This document shows, piece after piece, positions 1 to 8,401 of a DNA stretch of 64,000 bases. Numbering within the stretch: position 1 is the stretch's first letter; each line of letters begins with the position of its first letter. The DNA comes from a virus. Lineage: Duplodnaviria > Caudoviricetes. The translations under genes and the position numbers were made by a program. The stretch spans positions 1 to 64,000 of IMG/VR virus record IMGVR_UViG_3300014205_000177. One strand, given 5' to 3'. The notes beneath the pieces were generated by a model, which worked only from the letters and a program-made list of their open reading frames with translations, was not told the origin of the DNA and searched no databases.

Positions 1-177
1 AGTGCGGAAGGAGCTGATGCCAGAGCGGTTCACTTGAGACATTCCGGATTTGCCAACATGCTGATGCTTGACAGTCATGTTTCAGCAGTGGACAAAAACA
101 ACGAAAACTGGGGAAAAGCTGAAGTATTCTGGTCAATGTTGGCTTATGACCTGAATAATAACCATTGGGTGAATTAA
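1..177 (+). CDS. 3' end of a protein with an H-X9-DG-like (prepilin-associated, DUF1559-type) C-terminal motif; partial
   Basis: Frame 1 translates to SAEGADARAVHLRHSGFANMLMLDSHVSAVD...HWVN*; RHxxxANxLxxDxHV matches the H-X9-DG signature, with S in place of G. Confidence 0.65.
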   Translation, partial: SAEGADARAVHLRHSGFANMLMLDSHVSAVDKNNENWGKAEVFWSMLAYDLNNNHWVN

Positions 178-192
178 AACAAGGAAATTATT

Positions 193-786
193 ATGATTAC
201 TTGGTGGCAAATTTGGATGTTGACAAGAGTAGACGAAGTGAAAGCAATGTTTTCCAGTTGTGAATCTCTTGGAACCTTGAGATTCATATTGGGATTTCTT
301 TTGGTATTGCTTATTGTAGTATTAGCAATTCTGCACTTTGTTGCTCTTGCCGAAAATATCGAAGAAGGCGATTCCGGCTATGAAAATTGGATAAAAACAG
401 TAAATGCTGTTAAAAGAGCATTTAAAATTACTCTAATTTCTTTCATAATAGTGTTTTCACTCAAATGTTTCTGTACAGGAGCATCAGTATTGCTTCCAAC
501 CAGGAATGAAGCCGCAGTTATTTATATAGTTCCTAAAGTTCTTAATTCGGAATTGGTTCAAAAAGATATTCCGGAAGAAGCTAGGGAAATGTATAAACTA
601 TCCAAAGACTGGCTCAGGGGAATGGTTGAAAAGAAAAAAGATGAAAGCATTAAAGAGTTGATTGGCAAAACTCTTGAAGCCGGAAAGTCTTACACCAAAG
701 AAGAAATAACCAAAGCAATTATGAATAAGGTAAATCCACCTAAAAAGGGAATTGAAGAATCCAACAAAATCATAAAGCAGGATTAA
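193..786 (+). CDS. Hypothetical membrane protein; paralog of 45098-45493
   Basis: Two hydrophobic segments; shares LTR(V/L)D and PTxxExAxIxIxPxVxNSExVQ with 45098-45493; SD-like AAGGA upstream. Confidence 0.7.
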   Translation: MITWWQIWMLTRVDEVKAMFSSCESLGTLRFILGFLLVLLIVVLAILHFVALAENIEEGDSGYENWIKTVNAVKRAFKITLISFIIVFSLKCFCTGASVLLPTRNEAAVIYIVPKVLNSELVQKDIPEEAREMYKLSKDWLRGMVEKKKDESIKELIGKTLEAGKSYTKEEITKAIMNKVNPPKKGIEESNKIIKQD

Positions 787-849
787 GGAGTGGTTCCTTG
801 ACGGTCTCATAATCCGTATAGGTTGGTTCGATTCCAACTCCTGCAACCA
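776..849 (+). tRNA. tRNA-Met(CAT), initiator-like
   Basis: Acceptor aGCAGGA/TCCTGCa with 1:72 mismatch, anticodon loop CT-CAT-AA, T arm GTTGG-TTCGATT-CCAAC, encoded CCA; overlaps the stop codon of ORF 193-786. Confidence 0.85.
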
Positions 850-855
850 ATCGTA

Positions 856-931
856 GGGTGCGACTCAGGTTCGATTCCTGAATCTTTACGCTAATGCCGT
901 AGGGAATTAGTTCAGTGGTAGAATGCCACCC
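856..931 (+). ncRNA. Circularly permuted tRNA-like element P1
   Basis: Order: GGGTG, T arm TCAGG-TTCGATT-CCTGA, acceptor hairpin CTTTACG-ctaatgc-CGTAGGG, D arm GTTC-AGTGGTA-GAAT, CACCC (pairs with the 5' GGGTG). Confidence 0.6.
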
Positions 932-1274
932 GCTTTAAAAACATGAATAAAGGTAAAATATCAGGATTATTGATATGGTAAAAGAAAAAACTAATACGGA
1001 ACTTAGCGATGAGTTTATCAAAGAAATTGTGGGTAGGCTTGCTGAGGGTGAATTTGTAAACGGAGAATACTTTTCACCATCACAAAGAGGGCAAATCCTA
1101 ACCGAGTGGAGAAAACATCCAAATCACCCGAAAAATAATAAATAAATTAAAGGAAAGCATCATGGGGAAAGACACAAGATTCGGAGATACAACACGCTGG
1201 AACAAAGCCTTTGACGAGGGGGCTGCTTATGGAAGAGAAGATGAAAGATTAAAGTTCAAACATCACGTTCCAAG

Positions 1275-1583
1275 ATGTTTTGTTCTTGTGGGTTTTGCGT
1301 TTGGACTGATTGTAACCTATGTAACAAAGACTTTCTTATGAATTTTACAAAAGAGTTCAAATCCAGCAATATTAAAATTACCATGACCATGAGAGAAACA
1401 AGACACGATACAGCTGTTTTCTCTGTTCAGGTATTTAAAAACGACAGATTGATTAAAATCACAACCGAACCGTATGAAATTGTCAGTAATGACAAAAAGG
1501 CAGAATCAATTAATTTTGAAATTGTATGCATGGATAGGTTTTGTGAAATTATCCGTAACAAAGAAAAACATGGAATAAATTAA
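1275..1583 (+). CDS. Hypothetical protein, Cys-rich N-terminus
   Basis: ORF track; co-oriented with neighbours; start uncertain. Confidence 0.5.
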   Translation: MFCSCGFCVWTDCNLCNKDFLMNFTKEFKSSNIKITMTMRETRHDTAVFSVQVFKNDRLIKITTEPYEIVSNDKKAESINFEIVCMDRFCEIIRNKEKHGIN

Positions 1584-1711
1584 GAATCATTTTACGCTAT
1601 CCGATGCGGTTAAATCGGGTTAATAAATGCCAAATAATGCCGAGAAGAAATGGAGGAAAATAAAATGTAATACCTAATTTTAAAATATAGACTAAGATTA
1701 TACTGCGGTCC

Positions 1712-1740
1712 AAATGGGGGCGTAAAAACCCCCATTTTTC
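1712..1740 (+). terminator. Intrinsic terminator-like hairpin
   Basis: AAATGGGGG-cgtaaaaa-CCCCCATTT followed by a T-rich tract. Confidence 0.65.
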
Positions 1741-1880
1741 TTTATCTTTACGATATGTGAATGTAATGTTCTTATTTCGTAAATACAAAGGAAATATAAA
1801 AATGGCTAGAATAGTTAAAACTAAAAGTGATAAAGATGTTCTGTGTAATTTATGAACGTTAAATAAGGGATATTTAAAAA

Positions 1881-2087
1881 ATGGCAGAACTTACTGGAAA
1901 ACTTAAAGAACAAATTGATAATATGGGATATGAAAACATGTTATCACTTTGGAGATTTGCACCAGCAGGCCATCCAATGTTCCAAGGAGATGTTGGTGAG
2001 TATTATTCCAAAGTTATGGCAGAAAAAAGAATTAAAGTTGGCAATGATGCCCATGTGGCAGCAAGTAAATCTATTGGTTGGAAATAA
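1881..2087 (+). CDS. Small hypothetical phage protein
   Basis: ORF with upstream AAGGGA; LWRFAPAGHPMFQG core. Confidence 0.7.
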   Translation: MAELTGKLKEQIDNMGYENMLSLWRFAPAGHPMFQGDVGEYYSKVMAEKRIKVGNDAHVAASKSIGWK

Positions 2088-2100
2088 TGATTTTTTGTGT

Positions 2101-2186
2101 CCTGAAAACGTAGGTTAGAATCCTACCTCTGTCATACAGTTGTGATAATTGTAGTGATGGGGTAGTCTAGTGGATAGAACGTCAGG
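2101..2186 (+). ncRNA. Circularly permuted tRNA-like element P2
   Basis: CCTGA-aaac-T arm GTAGG-TTAGAAT-CCTAC; acceptor CTCTGTCA/TGATGGGG closed by hairpin TACAGTT-gtgat-AATTGTA; D arm GTCT-AGTGGATA-GAAC; ends TCAGG, a perfect complement of the 5' CCTGA. Confidence 0.7.
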
Positions 2187-2289
2187 CTTTTTATTTTTAT
2201 ATAATTATTGTTTACTTATCAGCTTAAATGCTGTTTGTTGTTAATCGAATCGATTACACACTCAACCTCCAAAAACTGGGAAAATAAAA

Positions 2290-2613
2290 ATGATTAGAAA
2301 CATATATTTTGCGATAACAGCTTTCTTCCAGAGTTCTTGTACTTTCTGGTTATTGTTAGGCTTACTGATTTTCTCATATTTCATAGGGAAATTTGAAATG
2401 TTCCTATTACCATTTAGTCAACATGTAAATGAAAATTGGTTTATTAGAAATATTACTCCTGTATTATTCGGTCTTTGGACTTTGTTTTTATTATTTATGA
2501 CATTTGAGTTAATAAAATCATTACCTTTTAAGTTAAATATTTTTTGTCAAAATATTAAAAATAATTATAACCGTAAAAAATTAGAAGACTTCAAGAAAAG
2601 ATATAATAGATGA
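2290..2613 (+). CDS. Membrane protein; paralog of 39531-39866
   Basis: MIRNIYFAITAFFQ vs MIKNIWFAITAFLQ; shared IG(K/R)FEM and DFKxRYN. Confidence 0.75.
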   Translation: MIRNIYFAITAFFQSSCTFWLLLGLLIFSYFIGKFEMFLLPFSQHVNENWFIRNITPVLFGLWTLFLLFMTFELIKSLPFKLNIFCQNIKNNYNRKKLEDFKKRYNR

Positions 2614-3191
2614 ATAATGAATATAGATTTAATAGGAATCATGGAGCTTTAGAAATTGAAGTTAAATGTATTTCATGTCCTACTAGAGATGAAGTAATAA
2701 GCAAGGTTCTTGAGAATTATCCCCATACTGATATTTCAACTATTCCTTGTCAAGATTACATACAACACAGATTTGAACAATGGCATCGTTATGGTTTTTT
2801 TAGTTTCATAATGTCTTATCCATGGCAAAAAAATGTAGAGAATAAAGAAAAATCCAATAAAGTAACAAAGATAGTAGTATGTTCTAAATACTTATTTGAT
2901 TTATCTCCAAAAGGTCTTAAACTTTATAATAAGCTATCGGGTAATAAATTAACCAATGCTTGGGGGATAAAGAGAGATGACATTCATTTGATAGAGGTTA
3001 TTGAAAAACTTGGAAAAGAGGCAAATCATAGAACTAATAAATACAGTAAAATAACCAACCAACTCCACATCGTGAGTATACCAGCTAATGTTGATTGGGT
3101 ATTAATTCAGAATGATTTTTGTGCAGAATACATTGCCGAAAAACATAGAGCTTGGAACTTCAGAGGAGAAGAGATAAAAGATTATGAATAA
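2610..3191 (+). CDS. Hypothetical phage protein
   Basis: ATGA overlap with the previous gene; C-terminal RDDxxLIEVIEKLG...EYIAEKHRAW block. Confidence 0.65.
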   Translation: MNNEYRFNRNHGALEIEVKCISCPTRDEVISKVLENYPHTDISTIPCQDYIQHRFEQWHRYGFFSFIMSYPWQKNVENKEKSNKVTKIVVCSKYLFDLSPKGLKLYNKLSGNKLTNAWGIKRDDIHLIEVIEKLGKEANHRTNKYSKITNQLHIVSIPANVDWVLIQNDFCAEYIAEKHRAWNFRGEEIKDYE

Positions 3192-3194
3192 ACC

Positions 3195-3455
3195 ATGAAA
3201 ATAGGAATAGCAACTATAGGGGGTGGGCATATGACTAATGAAACAGCACTTGCTCTTGCATATCTTAATTCAAGAAAAGGGTTTAAAATCGTAGTGGTAA
3301 ATCATGATAATTTTCCGCAAGGATTACCTGAAAACTCAATACCACTAGTAATAGAGAGACTGCCAGACCCAACAGAAAACGTATTTTTTGACTATAAAAA
3401 AGAGAAACAACCAAGATTTTTGTTTAAAAACATCAAACAAAATAAGAGGAAATGA
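3195..3455 (+). CDS. Hypothetical protein
   Basis: ORF track; tightly packed. Confidence 0.55.
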   Translation: MKIGIATIGGGHMTNETALALAYLNSRKGFKIVVVNHDNFPQGLPENSIPLVIERLPDPTENVFFDYKKEKQPRFLFKNIKQNKRK

Positions 3456-3970
3456 AAATGGTAGATTTTTTGACTGTATATATTTGGATGACAATCGCAT
3501 TTATTACTTTGGTTATTTTGAGTTTTAACCACTGCATGATTGGAAGATATTTATTAGTGACTTCCATGCTCTTGTTTGGAACGATTATGATTATGATTCT
3601 TTCCATAATTAATATTATTGAATCAATTATCCACGCATTATTCTTTCATAAGTATTGGATTGAAACATCCAGAATTAAAAAAGAACATTTAAATAGGCTT
3701 GAAAGAGAAATAGCTTTTTATAACAAACTAGGATGTCATGTTCATCATTATCATCCTTCAGTTTTCTTGAGTCATTATGTGAGAACTGAATTGTATTATA
3801 ATATGTTCAGAAAAATATCAACTTCTGAATATGTAGATGAAAATTATCAAATACATTTGGATAAGGTATTTTGGACAAGCGGTGTTGGAATGAAAAAATA
3901 CAAAGGTAATCGGTTCAAAATTATTGCCCGTGACAACAGGGATTATTTCCTTATTGAGGACACTAAATGA
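3452..3970 (+). CDS. Hypothetical membrane protein
   Basis: Two N-terminal hydrophobic helices; ATGA overlaps on both sides. Confidence 0.6.
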   Translation: MKMVDFLTVYIWMTIAFITLVILSFNHCMIGRYLLVTSMLLFGTIMIMILSIINIIESIIHALFFHKYWIETSRIKKEHLNRLEREIAFYNKLGCHVHHYHPSVFLSHYVRTELYYNMFRKISTSEYVDENYQIHLDKVFWTSGVGMKKYKGNRFKIIARDNRDYFLIEDTK

Positions 3971-4497
3971 ATCATAGTTTTCAACACAAAACACCTGTAA
4001 AAATAAGAGATAAAAACAACTCTCTTGGAAAAAGAAAAGATTCTGTCTATACTATAAAATCATTTTTCAGAATTTCTGAAAGAGTTTTTATGATAGAAAA
4101 GAAGTCCAAGAGTGAGATTATAAAGTGTATAGTCTGTAAGGGTACTGAATTATTACCAGAAAGCCATTACTCCTATAAAAGATTAAAGAAAACACTTCCA
4201 AAAGAAGTATGTGCTGTAAAATGCCCTTTTTGTGAAAAAGGAAAACAACGTGAAACTAAATATTACTGGGAAGTCGTTAATCAACAATTAGTTATAGACC
4301 ATATTAGTTCCATTATAAGAAACAATGGAATTGAGGTCTCGTATAATATTGGTAACATTGCAAAAGAAAGAACTCCTTTCTATCATACTGTTAAATGTGA
4401 AAACATTTTTCTAACAGAAGAATTAGCTATGGAAGAAGTTGAAAAAAGAAATAACTCTCCACATATTAAGTGGGATACAAGAATATCGAGGTTTTAA
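3967..4497 (+). CDS. Zinc-finger hypothetical protein
   Basis: CIVCKG and CPFCEKG pairs. Confidence 0.55.
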   Translation: MNHSFQHKTPVKIRDKNNSLGKRKDSVYTIKSFFRISERVFMIEKKSKSEIIKCIVCKGTELLPESHYSYKRLKKTLPKEVCAVKCPFCEKGKQRETKYYWEVVNQQLVIDHISSIIRNNGIEVSYNIGNIAKERTPFYHTVKCENIFLTEELAMEEVEKRNNSPHIKWDTRISRF

Positions 4498-4593
4498 TTA
4501 AATAAAAAATTGCCTTTTAATAATTAAATAATTTCAAGATAGTAACAAACAAAAACAACAAAAGATTAATAATTAACTAAGGAAATTTTTATT

Positions 4594-5529
4594 ATGAGTA
4601 AAATGAATAACGAAAAATTGTACAAATTTATTATCGACCCAAATTATGGTTCAAAACTTGCTCCCTTTTCCAATATTTTGACAATGACATGTATGATTAA
4701 TCCAATTATTGCACGTATGATACTTAAAAACCATAACTTGTCAAATAGAAAAATATCGGCGTTCTGCGTAAGAAAACTAAAAAGACAGATTATGAAAGGT
4801 CTTTATGTCTACGTGCCCCAGCACAGCATTTCATTTGATATAAAAATGAATCTCTTTGATTTTCAGCATGTATTAACTGCTCTTGCGGATTGTCCCGAGA
4901 GTACAAGTATTCCAGTTATGATTCATAAAAACTGTCCTCCTGAAATAAAAGATTTAATTGACACTGGAAAACGCAGGACATTGTCGAACATTCTTGAATT
5001 TGAACGTATCGCAAACCCCCAGGTGATTTCAAAGATTATTAATATTACCAATAGTTATTACAACAACAATCGGAGAATAGGAAGCGGCGATATAAGTTCA
5101 GACCTTGAACGAAAGAAATATTATCTATCCAACAGGATTGAGTTCAATAATAGGTTGGAAGAAATGATGAAATATGAAGCATATCGCATTGCTAAGTTCG
5201 CACATCGAAAAAATCGTTGTGGACATTCCGTAGAGAACTACAAGGCAAATATCGGATGGTATGCTGGATTTAACATTATCTTTTCCAGAGTCTGTGCTGA
5301 TGACGCTAAGAAGTTCTTTGAGCAACTAATGTCTGACAGGGTTGAGATGCACCCAGCAGTAGCTCATTTGAAAGAGTTTATAATGTCTGGAGATATTATA
5401 GGATACGGCACTGTCAAAAAATGCACCGCAATGGTTCTGACATGGAACGCATTCAGGAGCAAGGCTATGTATCAGAGGTCTGAACTCATCAATCTGGGAG
5501 ATGCTACTGATGGCGTTGAGGCAATTTAA
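4594..5529 (+). CDS. ParB/Srx-like N-terminal domain protein (putative)
   Basis: NxxNRxIS...IxFD...LFDFQHVLTA resembles the DGQHRL motif of ParB-like phage proteins. Confidence 0.45.
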   Translation: MSKMNNEKLYKFIIDPNYGSKLAPFSNILTMTCMINPIIARMILKNHNLSNRKISAFCVRKLKRQIMKGLYVYVPQHSISFDIKMNLFDFQHVLTALADCPESTSIPVMIHKNCPPEIKDLIDTGKRRTLSNILEFERIANPQVISKIINITNSYYNNNRRIGSGDISSDLERKKYYLSNRIEFNNRLEEMMKYEAYRIAKFAHRKNRCGHSVENYKANIGWYAGFNIIFSRVCADDAKKFFEQLMSDRVEMHPAVAHLKEFIMSGDIIGYGTVKKCTAMVLTWNAFRSKAMYQRSELINLGDATDGVEAI

Positions 5530-5543
5530 CAAAAGAGAAACTT

Positions 5544-5750
5544 ATGTCAACATTTGAATATGTAGTTATTATTCTTGTCTGTACTGTAATTGCTATTTTT
5601 GCGATATTGGGAATCAACAATTTTGTAAAATCAAACATAAAAGAAGGATACAGAGCCGGACAAATTGATTACGCAAATGGAATTATTAAGTTTAAATTAA
5701 AAACAAACCCAGACAAAACAACAAGCTGGGAAGAAATGGAGTTGAAATGA
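5544..5750 (+). CDS. Small membrane-anchored protein; paralog of 41352-41543
   Basis: N-terminal TM; GQIDYANGIIKFKLK vs GQIDAINGNIKYELK. Confidence 0.7.
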   Translation: MSTFEYVVIILVCTVIAIFAILGINNFVKSNIKEGYRAGQIDYANGIIKFKLKTNPDKTTSWEEMELK

Positions 5751-6163
5751 TTACTTTTACCGTTATACTAACCCTTCTAACTGTCTCAATTGTTGCAATG
5801 TTTATAATTTCTTTAAATACCGACAATTTTGACGACTTATTTTTTATGTCTGGAATGGGTCTTTCCGTATTATTAATTGTATTTGTATTAGTTTGGCTTT
5901 CAGAATATAACAGCTCAACCAATATAATAATTGAAGCTCATGCTAGGATTGAAACTTGCTCCAGTTATAAAAATCAAAACGGTGTTTGTTTTCTCAATCA
6001 AAACATGATAACCAAAGATGAATATGAGTTTGCCGTAAAATACAATCAATGGCTGGCAAAGGCTAAATATTGGAACGAGAAACCATTTTGCGATTCTTTT
6101 TTCGACGACAGGGTTATTGAAGAAAAACCGATAAGGTTTATTACTGGCAGTGCTAAAAAATAG
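5747..6163 (+). CDS. Hypothetical membrane protein
   Basis: Two TM segments; ATGA overlap; ends in TAG. Confidence 0.65.
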   Translation: MITFTVILTLLTVSIVAMFIISLNTDNFDDLFFMSGMGLSVLLIVFVLVWLSEYNSSTNIIIEAHARIETCSSYKNQNGVCFLNQNMITKDEYEFAVKYNQWLAKAKYWNEKPFCDSFFDDRVIEEKPIRFITGSAKK

Positions 6164-6170
6164 AGGAAAA

Positions 6171-6416
6171 ATGAAAAAGAAATTTTCATGTCCAGAATGT
6201 CAATGTGACATAGTTGAAGAAGTAACAGAACATGTAACTGTTTCGTATCCAATTATTCAAATCAACATAAATGAGGAAGATGTTGAAGCTGATTATGACG
6301 ATGCAATCAACGAGGGTGGTGAACTTAGTCGTTTTCAGTGTTCCAATTGTGGATTTATAATTGAAGCAAGCAATCTGGAAGAGTTATCAAAAAGTGAATA
6401 TATGAAAAGTGTCTGA
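6171..6416 (+). CDS. Zinc-ribbon protein
   Basis: CPEC...CSNCG; ATG at 6171 preceded by GAGG. Confidence 0.65.
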   Translation: MKKKFSCPECQCDIVEEVTEHVTVSYPIIQININEEDVEADYDDAINEGGELSRFQCSNCGFIIEASNLEELSKSEYMKSV

Positions 6417-6424
6417 GATTTTGT

Positions 6425-6497
6425 ACCGGAAACGTGGGTTCGATTCCCACCCCATGACATTATAGTCTAGAGGTCGTCTAGAAGGTAGGACGCCGGT
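6425..6497 (+). ncRNA. Circularly permuted tRNA-like element P3
   Basis: ACCGG-aaac-T arm GTGGG-TTCGATT-CCCAC; weak acceptor hairpin; D arm GTCT-AGAAGGTA-GGAC; ends CCGGT, a perfect complement of the 5' ACCGG. Confidence 0.7.
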
Positions 6498-6524
6498 CTA
6501 ATATTAACAAAAAAAGGAGTTCAG

Positions 6525-6746
6525 ATGAAGACAAAAGAACCGAAACCTGCAATGATTGACAAAACGAAAGTAAAAAAGACAAATCCGCAAGTAATCCAAA
6601 AGAAAACCACAACTCATCCGGAAAATCTGTTGGAAAAGATGAACGTCGAACAGCTACTTAAACTGAGAACGGAGAATAAAACTCATCCAAAAAGAGTTCA
6701 GTTGATTGATATCTTCCTGAAAAAGGCTGGTTATATCCCAGAATAA
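6525..6746 (+). CDS. Small basic hypothetical protein
   Basis: Strong SD AAGGAG; ORF track. Confidence 0.7.
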   Translation: MKTKEPKPAMIDKTKVKKTNPQVIQKKTTTHPENLLEKMNVEQLLKLRTENKTHPKRVQLIDIFLKKAGYIPE

Positions 6747-6760
6747 AAATATTAAAAAAT

Positions 6761-6831
6761 TGTGATGTAGTTTAACTAAAACCAAGAGATGCAAATAAGT
6801 ATCACCATCAATATGAATTTTGCCATCACTA
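6761..6831 (+). ncRNA. Degenerate tRNA-like element lacking the anticodon arm
   Basis: GTGATG/CATCAC acceptor, TA, D arm GTTT-AACTA-AAAC, 8-nt linker CAAGAGAT, stem GCAAA/TTTGC with an enlarged loop; same layout as 18184-18243. Confidence 0.35.
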
Positions 6832-6858
6832 TTTAAAACTCTATAAAAGGTATATTAA

Positions 6859-7248
6859 ATGATAAATATTAAAAAAGGTTATAGAGTTAAAATAAAGACG
6901 AGAGAAAGTATAGATAATAATTTACTTCCAACTTTTGTAGAGAGTATGGAAGATACAGCTGTACGCAATAAACGTATTTTAATTGTGCATTCTGTTGAAA
7001 AAAATTCATATAATTCTAGCTTCTACAGATTAATAGGAAGGATTAAACCTGAGTTTGTATTTTTAGATGATATTGATTTTATATATTCAGAAAGAATGTT
7101 TGATTTAACATTTACCGAAAAAGAACAAGAAGCATTCAAAAAAATAAAACAAATGTGTGTAAAAAATAAACATTCTATATGTAATAGATGTTCATATAAT
7201 TCATGCAAAATTATAAGGTTTTTATATACTGAGGTAAAATATGTATAG
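6859..7248 (+). CDS. Paralog family A protein (SH3/KOW-like N-terminus, C-terminal Cys cluster)
   Basis: KGYRVKIK...PTFVESME...(Y/F)xExMF...C...CxxCxxxxC, shared with 7241 and 20672. Confidence 0.65.
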   Translation: MINIKKGYRVKIKTRESIDNNLLPTFVESMEDTAVRNKRILIVHSVEKNSYNSSFYRLIGRIKPEFVFLDDIDFIYSERMFDLTFTEKEQEAFKKIKQMCVKNKHSICNRCSYNSCKIIRFLYTEVKYV

Positions 7249-7618
7249 TAGGGGTTCAATTGTTTATATAAAACAAAAATCAGAAATAAACTGTAAAATA
7301 TCTCCAACATTTCCTTTAGAAATGGAAAGATATGTAAGTTCACATAACAGAAAATTTTTTATTCATAGCATATTATATAAAGAAAAAACTTTTGTCAGTT
7401 ATTTTTTAACACCAATTGATAATCCAGAAGAAAAATCATATTTTACATTTACCGAACAAATGATGTCTCCTTTTTCTGAAAATGACACTAAGGGTTTTGA
7501 TATAATTAGTGACTTTTGTAAAAAAAAATGTACAAATTGCTCAATTTATAATTGTGAACTTGCAAAAAAAATAATAGAAATGACTCCGATTATAAAGAAG
7601 AAGGTTAATAATAACTAA
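7241..7618 (+). CDS. Paralog family A protein
   Basis: GSIVYIK...PTFPLEME...FTEQM...CKKKCTNCSIYNC. Confidence 0.65.
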   Translation: MYSRGSIVYIKQKSEINCKISPTFPLEMERYVSSHNRKFFIHSILYKEKTFVSYFLTPIDNPEEKSYFTFTEQMMSPFSENDTKGFDIISDFCKKKCTNCSIYNCELAKKIIEMTPIIKKKVNNN

Positions 7619-7649
7619 CTTACAAAAGATACTAAGGAGGTATGAAGAT

Positions 7650-8051
7650 ATGCCAATACACATAAATTATAAACCTGGACAAGTCATTGTTGTATTAAAA
7701 AAATACAGAAAAATGGATAAAAACATATATTTATTATACAACGAAAAGGAATTTCATGAGTTTTTAAAAAAAATAATAGGTAGAGAATTTGTTATATTAG
7801 AAACTTCATCGACAGCTAGCTATGGAGCTTGTTACAAGATAAAGGAAGAAGAATATTGGCTTCAAGAACATTATGTTTTAAAAAAATCAGAATATGAATC
7901 TTTTAAATATATATGTGATAATTGTGAAATAAGAAAATGTACAATGTCTTACGATGAGTGCCCTAAAATATCAGAATTATTATTAAATGATGGAGAAATG
8001 CAAAAATGCATAAAAATTGCGATAGAAAATATAAAAAAGAAGATTCTGTAA
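7650..8051 (+). CDS. Paralog family A protein
   Basis: YKPGQVI...GREF...YWLQEH...ICDNC; SD AAGGAGG. Confidence 0.65.
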   Translation: MPIHINYKPGQVIVVLKKYRKMDKNIYLLYNEKEFHEFLKKIIGREFVILETSSTASYGACYKIKEEEYWLQEHYVLKKSEYESFKYICDNCEIRKCTMSYDECPKISELLLNDGEMQKCIKIAIENIKKKIL

Positions 8052-8401
8052 TAATAGACCTGTCTATCCCTAATCCACCCACTAAAACAATTAAAACACT
8101 TTCTCTTCTAGAAAATACCGGAATCCACGACCTTCGTGGAAGAGTTTTCCTTCTGCACAATGTTGAACATTATAATCATCCAGATTATGGTTCTTTGTAT
8201 GGCTTTCAAAATCTTATGGAAAGACAAGAATGTAGTTATTGGGTACAAGAACATTTATTAATAAGACTTGAAGATGCAAAAATTGTATGTAATACATGTG
8301 ACAATAAAGAAAATTGTAATTTACATTTAAATAGTATGTGCAAGCTTTTCAAAAAAATAAAAAAAGAAATTGAAGAAGCAACAACTTTAAGGGTTAATTA
8401 A
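8006..8401 (+). CDS. Paralog family A protein
   Basis: GRVF...YWVQEH...VCNTC...C...C. Confidence 0.6.
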   Translation: MHKNCDRKYKKEDSVIIDLSIPNPPTKTIKTLSLLENTGIHDLRGRVFLLHNVEHYNHPDYGSLYGFQNLMERQECSYWVQEHLLIRLEDAKIVCNTCDNKENCNLHLNSMCKLFKKIKKEIEEATTLRVN

